Assembly: GCF_009914755.1 (NCBI RefSeq)
Contig: NC_060931.1
From: the human T2T-CHM13v2.0 reference genome, Homo sapiens
Strand: one strand, 5' to 3'
DNA: 64,000 bases
This document shows, in pieces, positions 1 to 18,980 of the stretch. The notes under the pieces were generated by a model. That model saw only the letters and a list, made by a program, of their open reading frames with translations, made no database searches and was not told where the DNA came from. Within the stretch, counting starts at the first letter, position 1, and each line of letters opens with the position of its first letter. Made by a program: the position numbers and the translations under genes.

Positions 1-48
1 GGGCGGAGGGGACGGTCAACGAGGGACGCCCAGAATCGGACGCGGCAG
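1..48 (+). CDS. MALSU1: MALSU1 exon 1, 3' end (partial)
   Basis: Reads AEGTVNEGRPESDAA+G. Donor CAG|GTACGG at 48/49 splices in phase 1 to exon 2 (G+AT = Asp). CpG-rich. Confidence 0.9.
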
Positions 49-1278
49 GTACGGGCGTGGAGAAGAACGAAGGCGACCCTCTCCGGGCAGTCTGGAGTCA
101 GGTCCCAGCCAAGGTGGCTCTGGGTTCCCCTCTATGTGCATTTCTCTTGGAGTCACAAAACTCCTGCACATCCAGAGCTGGAAGGGACTTCAAAGGTTGT
201 TGGCGCCAACCTTCCCGTTTCACAGTGAAGAAATTGAGGGCAAGAGATGAACTGCAGAATCCCAGCCTCCCGGACGGCCACCTCCCACCCTTGGCATCAC
301 AGTCTCACCGTCCTCACTTCCTTTTACCCTCTTCCTAGGATCCTGGGAAATGGGTTTGTGGGGACTGTTGGGGCTTGAGGATTCTGAGGAGCCAGGGTCT
401 GGGTGCGAAGGGGTGCGTAGGAAGCGCCAGTAGGAGATGGGTCCAAGTTAATATCCTCTAGTTATTGCTGACGTTTTTAGAAACTTAAGAATGGTAAACA
501 GATCACATCTAAGAATGTAGAGTATGAGAGGGAGAGGCCTTAGTGGGCTTAGCTACTAGGTCCTTTGGAGTCGGCTTTAGAACTTGGGCGAGCTTTTAAA
601 TTTACAGCCTGTAATACTCCAAGCTGAAGATCAGAATATCTAAATCTTTACGGGAAAAAAAATTAGATTTTCATAGGTAACAGTTGTTAATAACCCGGTG
701 GTTTTATATGAAAACTGGAAGGTTCAAAATAATAATTACTCAAAAATGTAGCTCTTTCAGTGACTGATCTTAGGCCACAGTAATTCTCCTAGGCCTCAGT
801 TTCTTCATCTCTCAACTGAAGGTTGTGGACCAGATACTGCCTAAGAGCCCTTCCAGCTCACAATTCTGTGACCCGTTATGACTGAGATTCAATTTAATAT
901 GCTCCAGGATATCACCTCCTACCCATTTTGTGGTGCTGTTTTTCTTTGCACAGCATTTCTGTGATTGTGGTGTATTGCTCCTTTTAAGTATTAGTAGAAA
1001 GTCATTTGTCACTGGTGTCTGGTTCTACTTGCATATGGTTAATAGCGAAGGATGTATAGTGGCTCTGCGTAATCTGAGCACCCTGACCATAAAAGTTGAG
1101 CGGTGCTATGATACTACTGCCCAGGTTCACCTTCCAGGAGGCCTTTACCCTGCTATCTGTAAAAACACTTTGGATCTAAACACCCTCATGGAGGAACAGT
1201 CAGCTGCCGGCATCTCTGGGTGCATACACGTCTATCTGCTTGGCCATCCTGATACAAACAACTATTTGTGCATTTCAG

Positions 1279-1457
1279 ATCATACTGGTCCCAAGTTTGA
1301 CATCGATATGATGGTTTCACTTCTGAGGCAAGAAAATGCAAGAGACATTTGTGTGATCCAGGTTCCTCCAGAAATGAGATATACAGATTACTTTGTGATT
1401 GTTAGTGGAACTTCTACCCGACACTTACATGCCATGGCCTTCTACGTTGTGAAAATG
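1279..1457 (+). CDS. MALSU1: MALSU1 exon 2
   Basis: Acceptor tttcag|AT; [60 protein letters not shown] (RsfS/Iojap domain); donor ATG|GTAGGA. Confidence 0.96.
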
Positions 1458-1696
1458 GTAGGATGCTTTCTTTTCTCTTTTGGACCATTAACTGAGTGGA
1501 ATAGTGACAGTGCATCAGGCCAAGGAGCAACACTTAGAGGGTAAACCCATCATACAAAGTTACAGAAGAAGCCCAAATTTTCAGAATTTGCATGAATTCA
1601 TTTTATGTTCTTTGATAGTGAAACATATGGGAGCAAATATCCAGCCCTATTGAGTTAGGATATATCAAAATCTTTTCTCTTGTGACCGCAAGGAAG

Positions 1697-1998
<302 letters not shown>

Positions 1999-2054
1999 GG
2001 AAAATAATATTTTATAACCTGAGGCAAGCTAGAAGACAGTATAACCAGAGGGAT

Positions 2055-2556
<502 letters not shown>

Positions 2557-3204
2557 CCTGGAGTTTCATTCAAAGATTTGAGCATGTCCAGTGTTCCCAA
2601 GCACTGTACGGGGTATTGGGAAGGTAAGAACAAAAAAGATGTAGTCCTTGCCCTTACAGGTCTAGTTGAGGAAAGAAAGGGGGATTGTTTTCCAGTTGCA
2701 CTGAATATGAATCAGAATGAGGAAGAAAGTACTTGGAAGCCTCTAGCTGACTCTGGTACCATTCCACGGGGCCATGATACCTTTCTTAGTCTTAGTCTGT
2801 TGAGAATTGGTCATAGAGGAGGCAGTTAAGACCAAAAGAGTAGCCAAAATTGTATAGAGAAAGGTTGTAAAATAAAAAGGTGGGGCCTATACACAAAACC
2901 CTGGTACATGACAGAGCAGAAGAAGATGCCAAAAACAGGGTAATTGGAGAGATAGGGAGAGAACTAGGAAAGCATAAAGAAGAGATATACAAAGACAGCA
3001 TACCAGGGTCTCTATCAGATGTAATAGTGGGATGGAGTCAGAAGACTTAGTGACCATTGGACTTGCGGATGTAAAAAGAATGGGAGGTTTTACAGAGAAG
3101 TTTCTGTGAAAGAATAAAGAAATAGAAATTGCCTTTACAAAGATTTTAGATGAGAGAAATGCAAAGGCAAGAAAGTTTTGTTGTTTGTGGTAAAATATAT
3201 ATAA

Positions 3205-3502
<298 letters not shown>

Positions 3503-3885
3503 CATTTAACAATTTTAAACTGTGTTGTTCAGTAGCTTTAAGTACCTTCACATTGACTTACAATCATTACCACCATCCGTCTCCAGAAATTTTTTCATTT
3601 TGCAAAAACGAAACTCTGAACTCATTAAACAATAACTCCCCATTTCTCCTTCCGTAGGCAGCTACCATTCTACTGCCTGTCTCTATGAATTTGACTACTT
3701 TTCAGTATCTCATAAAAGTAGAATCATAGATTTGTGACCGACTTATCTGACTTAGCATAATGTCTTCAAGGTTCATCCATGTAGTAGCATGTGCCAGAAT
3801 TTCCTTCTTTCTTAAGGCTGAATAATACTCTATCTTACGTATATACCACATTTTGTTTATCCCCTTATTCATTGATGGACACTTA

Positions 3886-4578
<693 letters not shown>

Positions 4579-4939
4579 TTAATGCTTTGGGGTATGTGCA
4601 AAGAAATGGGATTGCTGGATCATATAGTGATTCTGTTTTTAATTTTTTTTCTGTTCACCAGCCTAGCACAAAGCTGAATGTTTTTAATTTTTTGAGGAGC
4701 TCCTGTATTCTTTCATAGTGGCTACACCACTTTACATTTCTCTAGCAGTGCAGAGTTTCCAGTCTTCACATCCTCATCAACAACTTATTTTCTCATTTTG
4801 GTAATAGCCATCCTAATGGGCATGACGTGATATCTCATTGTGGTTTTTATTTGTATTTCCCTAAGGATTAGTGATGTTGAGCATATTTTCTTTTGCTTAT
4901 TGGCCATTTGTATATATTCTTTGAAGAAAAGTCCTTTGC

Positions 4940-5192
4940 TTTTTTGTTTGTTTTAAAGAGACAGTGTCTCACTTTGTTGCCCAGGCTTCAGTGCAGTGGT
5001 GTGGTCATAGCTCACTGCAGCCTGGAACTTCTGGGCTCAAGTGATCCTCTCACCTCAGCCTCCCAAGTTGCTAGGACTAGAGGAGTAGGAGTAGTCAAAT
5101 TCATAGAGACAGAAAGTAGAATGGTAGGAGTTACTCCACAGTGCCCAGCTAATTTATTTTTTATAGAGACAGGGTCTCACTATATTGCCCAG
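4940..5192 (-). mobile_element. Partial AluJ with an internal foreign insert
   Basis: Antisense Alu interrupted at ~5081-5135. Confidence 0.8.
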
Positions 5193-5834
5193 ACTCTTTG
5201 CCCATTTTAAAATCAGGTTGTTTGTTGTTTTGTTGTTGAGTTGTAGGAGCTCTCTATATATTCTGGATATTAATCCCTTATCAAATATGTGATTTGCAGA
5301 TGTTTTCTGCCATTCTGTGGGTTGCCTTTTTACTCTTTAGAGTGTCCTTTGATGCACGAAAGTATTTAATTTTGGTGAAGTTCAGTTTATTTTTTCTTCT
5401 GTTGCCTGTGTCTTTGGTATTATATCTAATAAATAATTGCCAAACCAGTATCATGTTTTCCCTATTTTCTTCTAAGAGTTTTATAGTTTTAAGTCTCCTG
5501 TTTAGATATTTAACCCATTTTGAGTTAGTTTTTGTAGGCGGTTAGTTTTCCATGTGGACATTTCCTCAGCAACGTTTGTTGGAAGGACTGTCCTTTGTGC
5601 ATTGAATGGTCTTGGCTCCATTGTTGAAAATCATTTGACCATAGGCACAAGGGTTTATTTCTGGGCTCTGTATTCTGTTTCATCAGTCTGTGCGTCTGTC
5701 TTTTTGCCAGTTTCAGACTGTTTTGTTTACCATAGCTTTGTTCTAAGTTTTGAAATCAAGAAATATGAGACTCCAACTTTGTTCTTTTACAAGATTGTTT
5801 TGGCTATTTGGGGTTCCTTGAGAGTCCATATAAT

Positions 5835-6115
5835 TTTTTTTTTTTTTTTGAGATGGAGTTTCGCTTTTGTTGCCCAGGCTGTAGTACAGTGGCACAATCT
5901 CGGCTCACAGATTCAAGCAATTCTCCTGCCTCAGCCTCCCAAGTAGCTGAGGTTACAGGTGCCCGCCACCATGCCCAGCTAATTTTTTGTATTTTTAGTA
6001 GAGATGAGGTTTCACCATTTTGGCTAGGCTGGTCTTAAACTCCTAACCTCAGGTGATGCACCCGCCTTGGCCTCCCAAAGGGCTGGGATTACAGGTGTGA
6101 GCCACCGTGTCTGGC
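5835..6115 (-). mobile_element. AluS with small internal deletion
   Basis: Antisense Alu dimer. Confidence 0.87.
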
Positions 6116-6351
6116 CCCACATAAAGTTTAGGTTGGATTTTTCTGTTTCTTCAAAAAATATTGTGATCTTGATATAGATTGCACTGAATCTGTAGACTGC
6201 ATTGGGTAGTATTGGCATCTTTACAATATTGTCTTCCCATCCATGAATATGAAGTATCTTTCCATTTACTGGCATCTGTAAGTTCTTTCAGCAGTGTTTT
6301 GTAGTCTTCATTGTACAAGTCTTTTGCTCCTGTGGTTAAGATTATTCTGCT

Positions 6352-6660
<309 letters not shown>

Positions 6661-8202
6661 GTATTATTCTGCTATTGTAAATGGAATTCTAAAAACTTTG
6701 TTTCCAGGTTGCTCATTGTTAGTGTATAGAAATACGATGGATTTTTGTGTGCTGAATTTGTTTAGTAGCCCTAACTGGGTTTTTTTTGTGGAATCTTTGG
6801 GGTTTTCTACATATGAAGTTGTATTGTCTTCAGAGATAATTTTACTTCCTCCTTTCCAATTTGGGTACCTTTTTTTTTTTTATTGACGAATTGCTCTGAC
6901 TAGAACTTCCAATACTGTGTTGAATAGAAGTAGCAAAAGCAGGCATAGTCTTGTTCCTGATCTTACAGGAAAGCTTTCAGTCTCACCATTGAATATATTA
7001 GCTGTGTGCTTTTCTCACATGGCCCTTATTATGTTGAGGTAATTTCCTTTTATGCCCACTTTGTTGAGTGCTTTATTGTGAAAGGGTATTGAATTTTGTT
7101 AAATGCTTTTTCTGCGTCAGTTCAGATTATCATATAGATTTTTTCTTCATTCTGTTAATGTGGTGTTATTGCATTGATCCGTTTTTATATGTTGAACCAC
7201 CTTGCATTCCAGGGATAAATCCCACTTGGTCATGGTCTATAATCCTTTTAATATGGTGCTGAGTTTGGTTTGCTAGTATTTTTGTTGAGGATTTTTGCAT
7301 CAAATGTTCATCAGGGTTATTGGTCTTATGGAATGAGTTAGGAAGTGTTCCCTGTTCTTCAATTTTTTGGGGAGAATTTGAGTATTGCATTCTTGTTTAA
7401 ATATTTGGTAAAACTCATCAGGGAAGCCATCTGGTCTAGGACTTTTGTTGGGAGATTTTTGATTACTGATCCAGTCCCCATACTAGTTATGGTCTATTGA
7501 AACTTTATATTTCTGCATGATTCAGTCAGTAGATTGTGTTTCTAGAAATTTTGCTATTTCGTCTAGGTTACCCAGTTGTTTGGTGTACAGTTGCTCATAA
7601 TACTCTTACAATCCCATTTCTCTAAAATCAGTAGTGTCACTTCTTTCATTTCAGATTTTAGTTGTCTTTTTTCTTAGTCATTCTAAGAACCAAATCCTAG
7701 TTTCATTGATTTTGTCTTTTTCCTGCCCTAATTATCATTTCCTTTGATTTTGGGGTGATGTATATGAGATGTCCTTTGTCTCTTGTAACAGTTTTTACTT
7801 AATTGCCATCTTGTTTGATATTAGTATATCTGTTTTAACAAAAGAACTGAGCACATTTATAGGATGACGGGGTCCCATTAACATGTCATAAAGGCAGATG
7901 AGATGAAATCAGTGGCACTGAAACAACCTGGCTTTATAAACAGAAGGTAGTATCTGCAGCCCCTAAAGGTGAAGGAAAGCTGGGATGAACACAAGTGATG
8001 GATGTAGGTGGGTACCAAATGCTGACTGAGCTTAGCTTTTTCAGCCTCAGAGGCACCTTGGTGAATGAATGGGGTGACCCTCTCAGAAGGGCTGGGGCAG
8101 GAGAATTCAGGAGAGAGGTGAAAGTGAATAAGATTTAGAGGGAGAAATAGTTTCCCTAAGTTATTCATCACAGGGCAAAGTATAGCAATGAGAAATGAGT
8201 AA

Positions 8203-8466
<264 letters not shown>

Positions 8467-8907
8467 TGAGATCAAATTGATGAATGTATTTCCAGGTAAG
8501 ATTTTTGAAGTGTGTTTAAGGTAACAAAAGTTTTTTTAGTTATAATCCAGGTGGTCTTATTCACATGTAGAATTTTCACCTAACCAAACCAAAGTACCCT
8601 AGATGATGCCCTCCTGGAGGAAGATATATACTACATGGTGTGTATCTACTAGCCACACAGATCAGGAAGGTGGTGGACAACAGGATAACATAGTAGAGGC
8701 GGGAGAGATTCCTTAGTAGTGGTAGAGGAAGGTTTGGGGGCTGTGGTGCATAAATGAGATGAGGATGAGGTTATTCCAGGCACAAAAAAGGACAAGAGCA
8801 GAAGACTAGAATTTTGAAAAGATCTAACAACTTTGGGTATTAATGTGTACATAGTTTCAAAGCACCTCCCAACAAGATAATATTTACAAAGGGGAAACAT
8901 AACTGTA

Positions 8908-9530
8908 TGTCAAGAACTGAGGAGTCTGAGATTTTATTCTGCTTGTAAGCTAATACATTGTCCCGCCAGTTTTCATGGACACTGGTAAAAGACAAGACTA
9001 TTAGAGGGTTAGAGACAAAGAACAGTTTATTACTCACAGCAGTAGCCAGCATCCATTTTGCACTGGTTTCCTGAGCTCTGGATTCCATAGGGCAACATGG
9101 GCCAGATGACACCAGCACACACAGTTGTAAAACTGGAACTCAGATGAGGGTGTCTAGGTTTTTTATAACTGGCAGGAAGCAGGCCTACTTTTGCTCTGAT
9201 GGTTTCTCACTTTTGTCGCTATTAACGTTTTGGACCAGGTAATTTTGCATGTGGGGGAGGGGTGTCTCTTGTGCACGGTACGATGTTTAGCAGTATCCTC
9301 CCTTCTCCAATTGTGACAATCAAAAATGACTCTAAACATTACCATTATTACCTAATTGAGAAATGCTGCTGTAAGCAAAGCTGCCCTTTGCCCTGGAGGG
9401 AGGCAGTATCTTTCTGTTAAGAATATTCACGATACAAACATTCTTGGATAGTCAAAACAAAAGGCAGTCAGTGTTTTTGCACAAAAGATGTGCAGAAGTG
9501 TGTTACCCATGGAGAATTGTCACCGAAGAG
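8908..9530. mobile_element. Solo ERV1-type LTR (MER31-like) with a MER20-like segment (~9197-9370)
   Basis: TGTCAAGAACTG...GAGATTTT...GTAAGCTAA terminus and MER20 motifs; family from recall. Confidence 0.5.
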
Positions 9531-9626
9531 AATCCTGACACCATTAGTCTCTTTGATAAAGTTACTATCACCAGCAATGTTATATATTGACATATGCCTC
9601 CTGTAGGTACACTGAGAAAGGCATAG

Positions 9627-9984
<358 letters not shown>

Positions 9985-10669
9985 ATATTTTATGCACTGC
10001 GTTAGTCATTTCAGATTTGGATTGAGTCACTTATTGGAAAATACAGCTCCTAAAGTCCGTCTCCTTGGTTAGGCTGCTCTTAGGACAAGGCTTGTGTACC
10101 TCATGGGCACTCCTGCTAACTGGCATGCAGAGACTGTCGATAAGTGAGCTATACCTGCAACCAAAAATCAGTACATTCTACCCAAAACTTATGACACGCT
10201 GCCTTTATCCTGGAAATGTCATCAGAATTTCCTGGAGTTAGCACTGGCTCCTGTGCTTGACTTCTCTGCTCAGATTTTTATTAATTTAATTTAGCTTAAA
10301 TGTAAATCTTAACCCTGTTTGTTTAATGGAATGGCAAAAATTTTAAAAAATAATATAAAACATAGCCCACTGGTCTTATTTTTATACTTTGAGGTGATAA
10401 TATTCTTCTAGGAGGACTTCTGTAACCCTTCCAGAATACTCCAGTAACACAAGAAAGTAAACAAAGTGTTTGTTAGGAAAAACTCTGAACGCTCTAGTTC
10501 TTAGTTCATATGCAAGAGTATTATCAAGGTTCACATTAAGTACCATGGCTGGACATGGTATAACAGAAATCTGCGTAGAGTTTGAAAAAAAATTCAGAAC
10601 ATTCCCATTCAATTGAAAACCAAAAATAAAACATACTACACAACAAGCTGCACCTAAATGATGAAAAAA

Positions 10670-10675
10670 TTTATT
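10670..10675 (-). terminator. IGF2BP3: IGF2BP3 distal poly(A) signal
   Basis: tttatt on + (AATAAA on -). About 25 nt downstream on - is a GU/U-rich element (CTTGTTGTGTAGTATGTTTTATTTTTG); predicted cleavage near 10650. Confidence 0.8.
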
Positions 10676-12231
10676 CTGCGTCAAGGTATCTGGAAAATGA
10701 AGCTGCATTTGGGGCACATTATACATGAGGAATGATCCATATATGGTGAGTACAAAACTCAATTATAGAATTATTTCTTAGCTAGTACCAGATACTCCAA
10801 ATTACAAATGCTTAAGTAAAAGTAAAATATGATTTGCCGTACTAAAAGGCTAGAAGTGAAATATGACAGAATTTAAACCAGCAGATATAAATGCAGCACC
10901 TATGTGTATATTTTTAAAAAATCAAATATTGGGGAAAAAAATCAAATACTGAGAAAAGCTCTGGCCTTAAACACATCTTACCTGAAATCCAACCAGAAAG
11001 CCAGTCCATGATTTTAGCAATTTTAATTCATTGTATGAAAAAAAAATCATGAATGCTAGGAGAATCCAGTGACAAAAAGGGCACTTTTTTGGTTAAAACT
11101 ACAAAAGAAACTTGTTTTCAGAGAACATTAAGGAAAACACTTTAAATCATTTTCAAAATGTCTAATTGATCTTCAGAAAAACATCTAGTCTGTATAGAAA
11201 TTCATCTTGAAATAAGAATGAGGCAGTGATTTTTTTTTTAAAGGGTTATATATATGTCCTTTAGATCAGTGTAACATGACTGTGATCATCTTACAAACAA
11301 AACTCAAAAAATCAATTCAGAGAGCAGCGTGGCCTTGGAGACCACCCACACCCAACACAATTGTACGTACTGGGCTTTGCTGTCAAGGAGTGAGCAAATG
11401 AGTTCGTTATCAAAGGTCATATGTTTTCACAGTCATTCAAATTATATCCCAAAAACTTTTCTTGTATTCTCTATCTTTTGACTTTTTTTTCAAAGAACTG
11501 ATTGCACAGTATACAGAAATCCTGTTATACTTTACTACTTAAGGTGGAGTCTAATTTTTTTTTTTTAATTTATCAGTGCTTAAAAATCTTCAAAATAGCT
11601 TAGTGAGGCTCATGACAGTGCTGGCCCCATGGAAATGTAGCCTTTTGTTGCGTTTAAACACTGTCACACCATCTATGACTGTCCCATTGGTCTGAAGTGT
11701 AGTGGCAAACTAAGCATCCTATAAGACAAGCTAAAGCTTGCTTTTTGCCAGTCAGTTGAAAGTCTTGCATCTCTTCACTGATGCACTTTCTTTAGGTATT
11801 GATAGTCAGAAGCACAAAGCATTTATTATGCATTCAATCATGTAGCTAAACAAAAAACTGAAGTCTCCTGAAGCCATTTAAACCAGCCGTTCCAAAATCT
11901 CCTGCGACCACTTTGTTAGTACCGTCAAAAACTTTCCCAACTATAAATGAAAGAATAAATGGTAGTGCTGCTCTCCAGATACTAGGCACTGCTCCGTATT
12001 TTTGAACATTTGATTTAACTAATAACTGTGTCAAAAGCCTCAAAAAACCCTGAAATTAATTTTCCAGCTTTACTGTCACCAGCCAGAAGTAAAAATCTTA
12101 ATTTGCCTGTTAGCTGATTGCTGTTAAATTTTAAATTTATTTTTTAAAAAACGGTTGGACTTCTATCATAAAGTATATAAAATTTTCAAAAAAAAGGAAC
12201 AATTTTGCTTTTCATTGTATTACTGAATACC

Positions 12232-12239
12232 TGAGGTAG
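12232..12239 (-). promoter_or_regulatory. let-7 8mer target site
   Basis: + strand TGAGGTAG = CTACCTCA on the mRNA; IGF2BP family genes are established let-7 targets. Confidence 0.75.
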
Positions 12240-12752
12240 TTGAGTAAAAATGCACGTTTAATACCCCTGCCAACACCATTCAGCACTTCCCTTAGGTTAC
12301 TCATGTTAGTGTTAGGTAAAAATAAAACTGAGAACAGTTTTTCTATGCTAATGGCTTAACATTTAAGTTCCTGTGATAATTATTCTGATCCAATTTTAAC
12401 AATTGGATTTAGGAGCAATCTATTTGATGAATTTAGTGAAAGCATCATTAAGCCAATTTCTGGCATTATGGGGGAATATTAAGAAGAATTAGAATATCTG
12501 TTATACTGTGAGACTACAACAAAGGGAAGTGCAGAGCTCTTCTCTTTCCCTCCCTCCCCCACCCTTTTTTTGTTTGTTTGTTTGTTTGTTTTAAAGCTGG
12601 GTGTCATACATTTCAGAGAGCATAAAGTATACATTCTCACAGAGACAGGAGTTCAAAAGTTGCCTGGTCCTCAGAAACAACTGGCTAGGTAAAAACTTGT
12701 GCATGTGATTCTGGATAGGGGGTCAGCGCCCATCTGTTGGTTAAGCAATCTG

Positions 12753-12760
12753 TCTTTGGT
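12753..12760 (-). promoter_or_regulatory. miR-9 8mer target site
   Basis: + strand TCTTTGGT = ACCAAAGA on the mRNA, about 40 nt after the stop. Confidence 0.55.
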
Positions 12761-12798
12761 TTGGCATCTGCCTCTGTGGTGGGCTGTTTCCTGAGCCT

Positions 12799-12897
<99 letters not shown>

Positions 12898-13159
12898 CTA
12901 GAAAAGGACAGAGCTTTGAAATTCCACTTGATCAAAAGCTACTAAAAGTTATTGTACTCCTTCATTTCAACAATTTCAAATAGAAATCCATTTGATGATT
13001 AAAGATACATACTAGTCAGTTTGCTAGTAGTCTCTGAAATCACCCGCTAAAAGGGAGATGAAAAGTCTTAAGCATCAAACAACCTTAACTAATTCTATCA
13101 GGTAGGAGCACCTGTGGGAGAATTGCTTCCACGTGAGAAAGATACAATAGCTTATTTTA

Positions 13160-13393
<234 letters not shown>

Positions 13394-13865
13394 TTAATCC
13401 AGTGGTAATTCCATGAGGTTATTAGAATTATCCCCACTTCAAGATGATTAAGGCTCATCCAAAGAAACTGATTTGTCCAGTTATACAAGTGAATGGCAAA
13501 ACCAGATTCAAATCCTGAGTCTGATTCCAAAGTGTATGTACTCAATCACTTCAAAATTATAAATAGCTTTGAAACCCACTTACAAGTTATATGTATTAGA
13601 GACTAGAAACAGTTTGCTTTTTTTCCATTACAGATGTAACAAGCTGTAGATGAAATTTTTAAAATTCCTGTTAAGTGTCTGTTCCATAAAAAGCTAAAGT
13701 TTTATCAGGAGAACGTTAAATGCCCTTTATAAATATAGGACAATCCTCTCACACAAAGTGATCTGAAAGAGATGCATTACTTTCACTAATAGCTGGCACC
13801 AACACTCAGACAGGAAACAAAAGGCAATCTTCTCCAAACCTTGGTCAAGATGGTCCTGCTTTTTA

Positions 13866-14147
<282 letters not shown>

Positions 14148-14457
14148 TTAACTTGAAAGATGGCCCAAATCCAAGTGGGATAGCCCTTTGCAGTGATACA
14201 TCTACATTTCATAGATTGTTGAAAATAACATAGAAGAGAGCAGTTAGAAGTCCTAAAAGGTTGACAATAACTACTGCCCATCACAGTAGAGGCAACTGAA
14301 TGCTTGGTGAAAGAAGGATAAACCATATTCTTCTGATGAAAACAGTTAAAGGCAATTAATAACCTAATAAAAACGAATTTTTGTGGGCAAATGGCCATTC
14401 GTACTAAAATTGTGATAGGTAAAACTTCTCATGCTGGCCATGAGACATCAGTTGCAT

Positions 14458-15045
<588 letters not shown>

Positions 15046-15239
15046 ATTTTTTTTGAGCAAAAGAGACAGAACTGCAGAGTCAGCTATGCCAAGCTCACTA
15101 AAAGTCAAGCTCACATCTACATGGGCCAGTTAGAAACCTGCTGAGAAAAATGTTTTCAATTTAAATGTGTTTCATACTCTTAGAAAGGTGGTTTTTCCTT
15201 TGAATATTTTAAAGAGGCTACAACATCAAGGTAAGACAC

Positions 15240-15845
<606 letters not shown>

Positions 15846-16796
15846 AGACACTTCTGATATTTAGAGTCAATACATCCTATCACCTACTGCATGCAACTAT
15901 ATAAACAACCTATTATATATAAACAACCTATTACATACAGCAAAGCAGAAAGGAGCCTGAGAGTTGGTTTGACAAGCTGCCAGGGTAAACCACAAAAAAC
16001 AATAGTACCCAACACGCGTTCACTGATTCAGAAAGCTGAGCTCATTTTAGGGCACTACCGACAAAACAAAATTCATCTTGATACCCTATATTCCAATGAT
16101 CCTTAATGCCTCAGGCCAATGACGTAGATATTACTATTACTTAAGACAGTCAAAAAGACACTAGGGATATACACTATCCTCCAAAACTGAAGCTCTTGAA
16201 TTTGTAAGGAAAAATACGGGGTAGGTGGTTTACCATTCCTTAGATCTCTAAAGTAAAACATTCATTTAGCATTGTCACCAATCACATAAATAAAATTTAA
16301 CTACTATGGCTTAAGTGTTACATTTAAGTTAACTATAAAACATGAGTTTTATTAGTGAATACAGGGAAAGAACTTTGAAGTTCCTATCATACAAACATCA
16401 TAGGAGTTGCAGGACAGTAATTCTACTTATAAGACTAAAAGCTCAGCACCAAGGAAAGACATGTTTGTATTTATCTTTTAAGATTTCAAACTAAAAGTGA
16501 CCCTGAGAGTTTGGGATAGGAAGCAGTTTTCAACAATTCTGAGTTAAGATTTGAACTGCCTGGATCACAAGGCTGCTGTGAAGGAATAAATTTCTTCACA
16601 TGATTTTCTTTCTTCACCTAACCACCCACATCTCAAAGCACCTCCTTCGTTTCCCATTCTTCACATAAGTGAAAGCAGCTTTGGGTTTTTAGTGAAAAAA
16701 TGGCCCAGAGAAAATAGAAGTCAAAGAAAGTGATTTTTTTTGTTTGATTTAAGGGAGAGAGGTGGGGTGGGGAGAGAACTGTATGCACTGTTACTA

Positions 16797-17173
<377 letters not shown>

Positions 17174-17958
17174 TTACACAGCCACTAAATGTTCTAAGAC
17201 AAGACACCCATACTAAATTTTGTGGGAGAAATCATACACTAAAAGGAATATATTTATGAATTTGGCATGGTCTTAGTCTGATTCATCCATAGTCTGTTGA
17301 ATACCCCCAGCACGCTAATTTTGTGCTGCCCATGTGTTAGGCACTTTTCTAAACATTTCATATATTGTGTAAACCTTAAACTACCTTAGGATGTAGGTGC
17401 TCTTATCCCTGGTTTTACAGAAAAAGGTTAAGTAACTTGCCCAATGTCATACAAGGCAAATGGCAGAGCTAGGATTTGAACTAGCAGCCTGGCTGCCAAG
17501 TCTCAGCTCTACCATCTCTCAGTAGACATTGAAAGGCACACTGCAGCCCCAAAGACCTCAAATCCCACTAAACGTGCAATGGTTCATACCAGAACAAATG
17601 CTACAAGAGCTCCTGCCATTCCTATCTCTAAGATCCCAGGGATTAGAGAGATTTGTAGAGTCTATGGGCAGGGTCTAACAGAGATAATCCAAGGGTAAGG
17701 AAAAAGGGGGCATTTTAATTCAAGTCTAGGCAATCTCAGGGACAGGAGGGAAAACATCTGAAAACAAGTTTCCAAGGCATATTAACCTGGCAGGTTTGTA
17801 AATTTTAAGGTCTCACCTTAGCATAGGATTACAAACCATTAAGCAAAATTAACCTTTGAGAGACAGGTAAATCCAGCAACCAGTACAGAACTCTTAAAAT
17901 TAAAGACTTTTGGTTAATTTCGAAATATAATTTTGAGTGTGATTCTACTCAGCTCTTA

Positions 17959-18183
<225 letters not shown>

Positions 18184-18621
18184 TCAGGTATCACTGATAG
18201 GCATCTTGGGCCAACCAGCCTAACATTTGCATGTGACTGGCTGAAATGCAGAATTAAAGCCTTCGTGAAGGAAATTAGGGAGAGGCAGCAATTCCTGTGG
18301 GTTCACAATTTAGGCCTCCCTCCTGCATATACTATATGCTTATTCTGTGCCGGGCCCTAATGGAGACCTCCACGTGCTGTCTCTCAGCTAATCCTCACCA
18401 CGTCCTGATGAAGTAGTATTACCTCCACTTCACAAATGCGGAAATGGAAGGCTGGAGAAATTGAGTTATCTGGACCATGATCACACAGCTAACAGAGCTA
18501 GAGGGAGAGCTGGGTCTGTCTCCATTGCCTGTGTTCACTACACCAGTGGTGCTCAAAGTATGGTCCTTGGCCCACTTGCATCAGGGCTCCTTGGGCTTCC
18601 TGTGTATGCAACACACTCTAG

Positions 18622-18980
<359 letters not shown>

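Larger units (their letters stand above)
10650..12798 (-). other. IGF2BP3: IGF2BP3 3'UTR (~2.15 kb)
   Basis: Repeat-free AT-rich stretch from stop codon to distal PAS. Additional minus-strand AATAAA at 12136-12141 and 11822-11827. Confidence 0.8.

Noticed and set aside
930-1544. 204-aa ORF as a standalone gene
   Set aside because: Only 1279-1457 is MALSU1 exon 2, bounded by clean splice sites; the rest is intron open by chance.
12232-12250. TGAGGTAGT resembling a let-7 miRNA gene
   Set aside because: Match ends after 9 nt with no hairpin; it is the complement of a target site.
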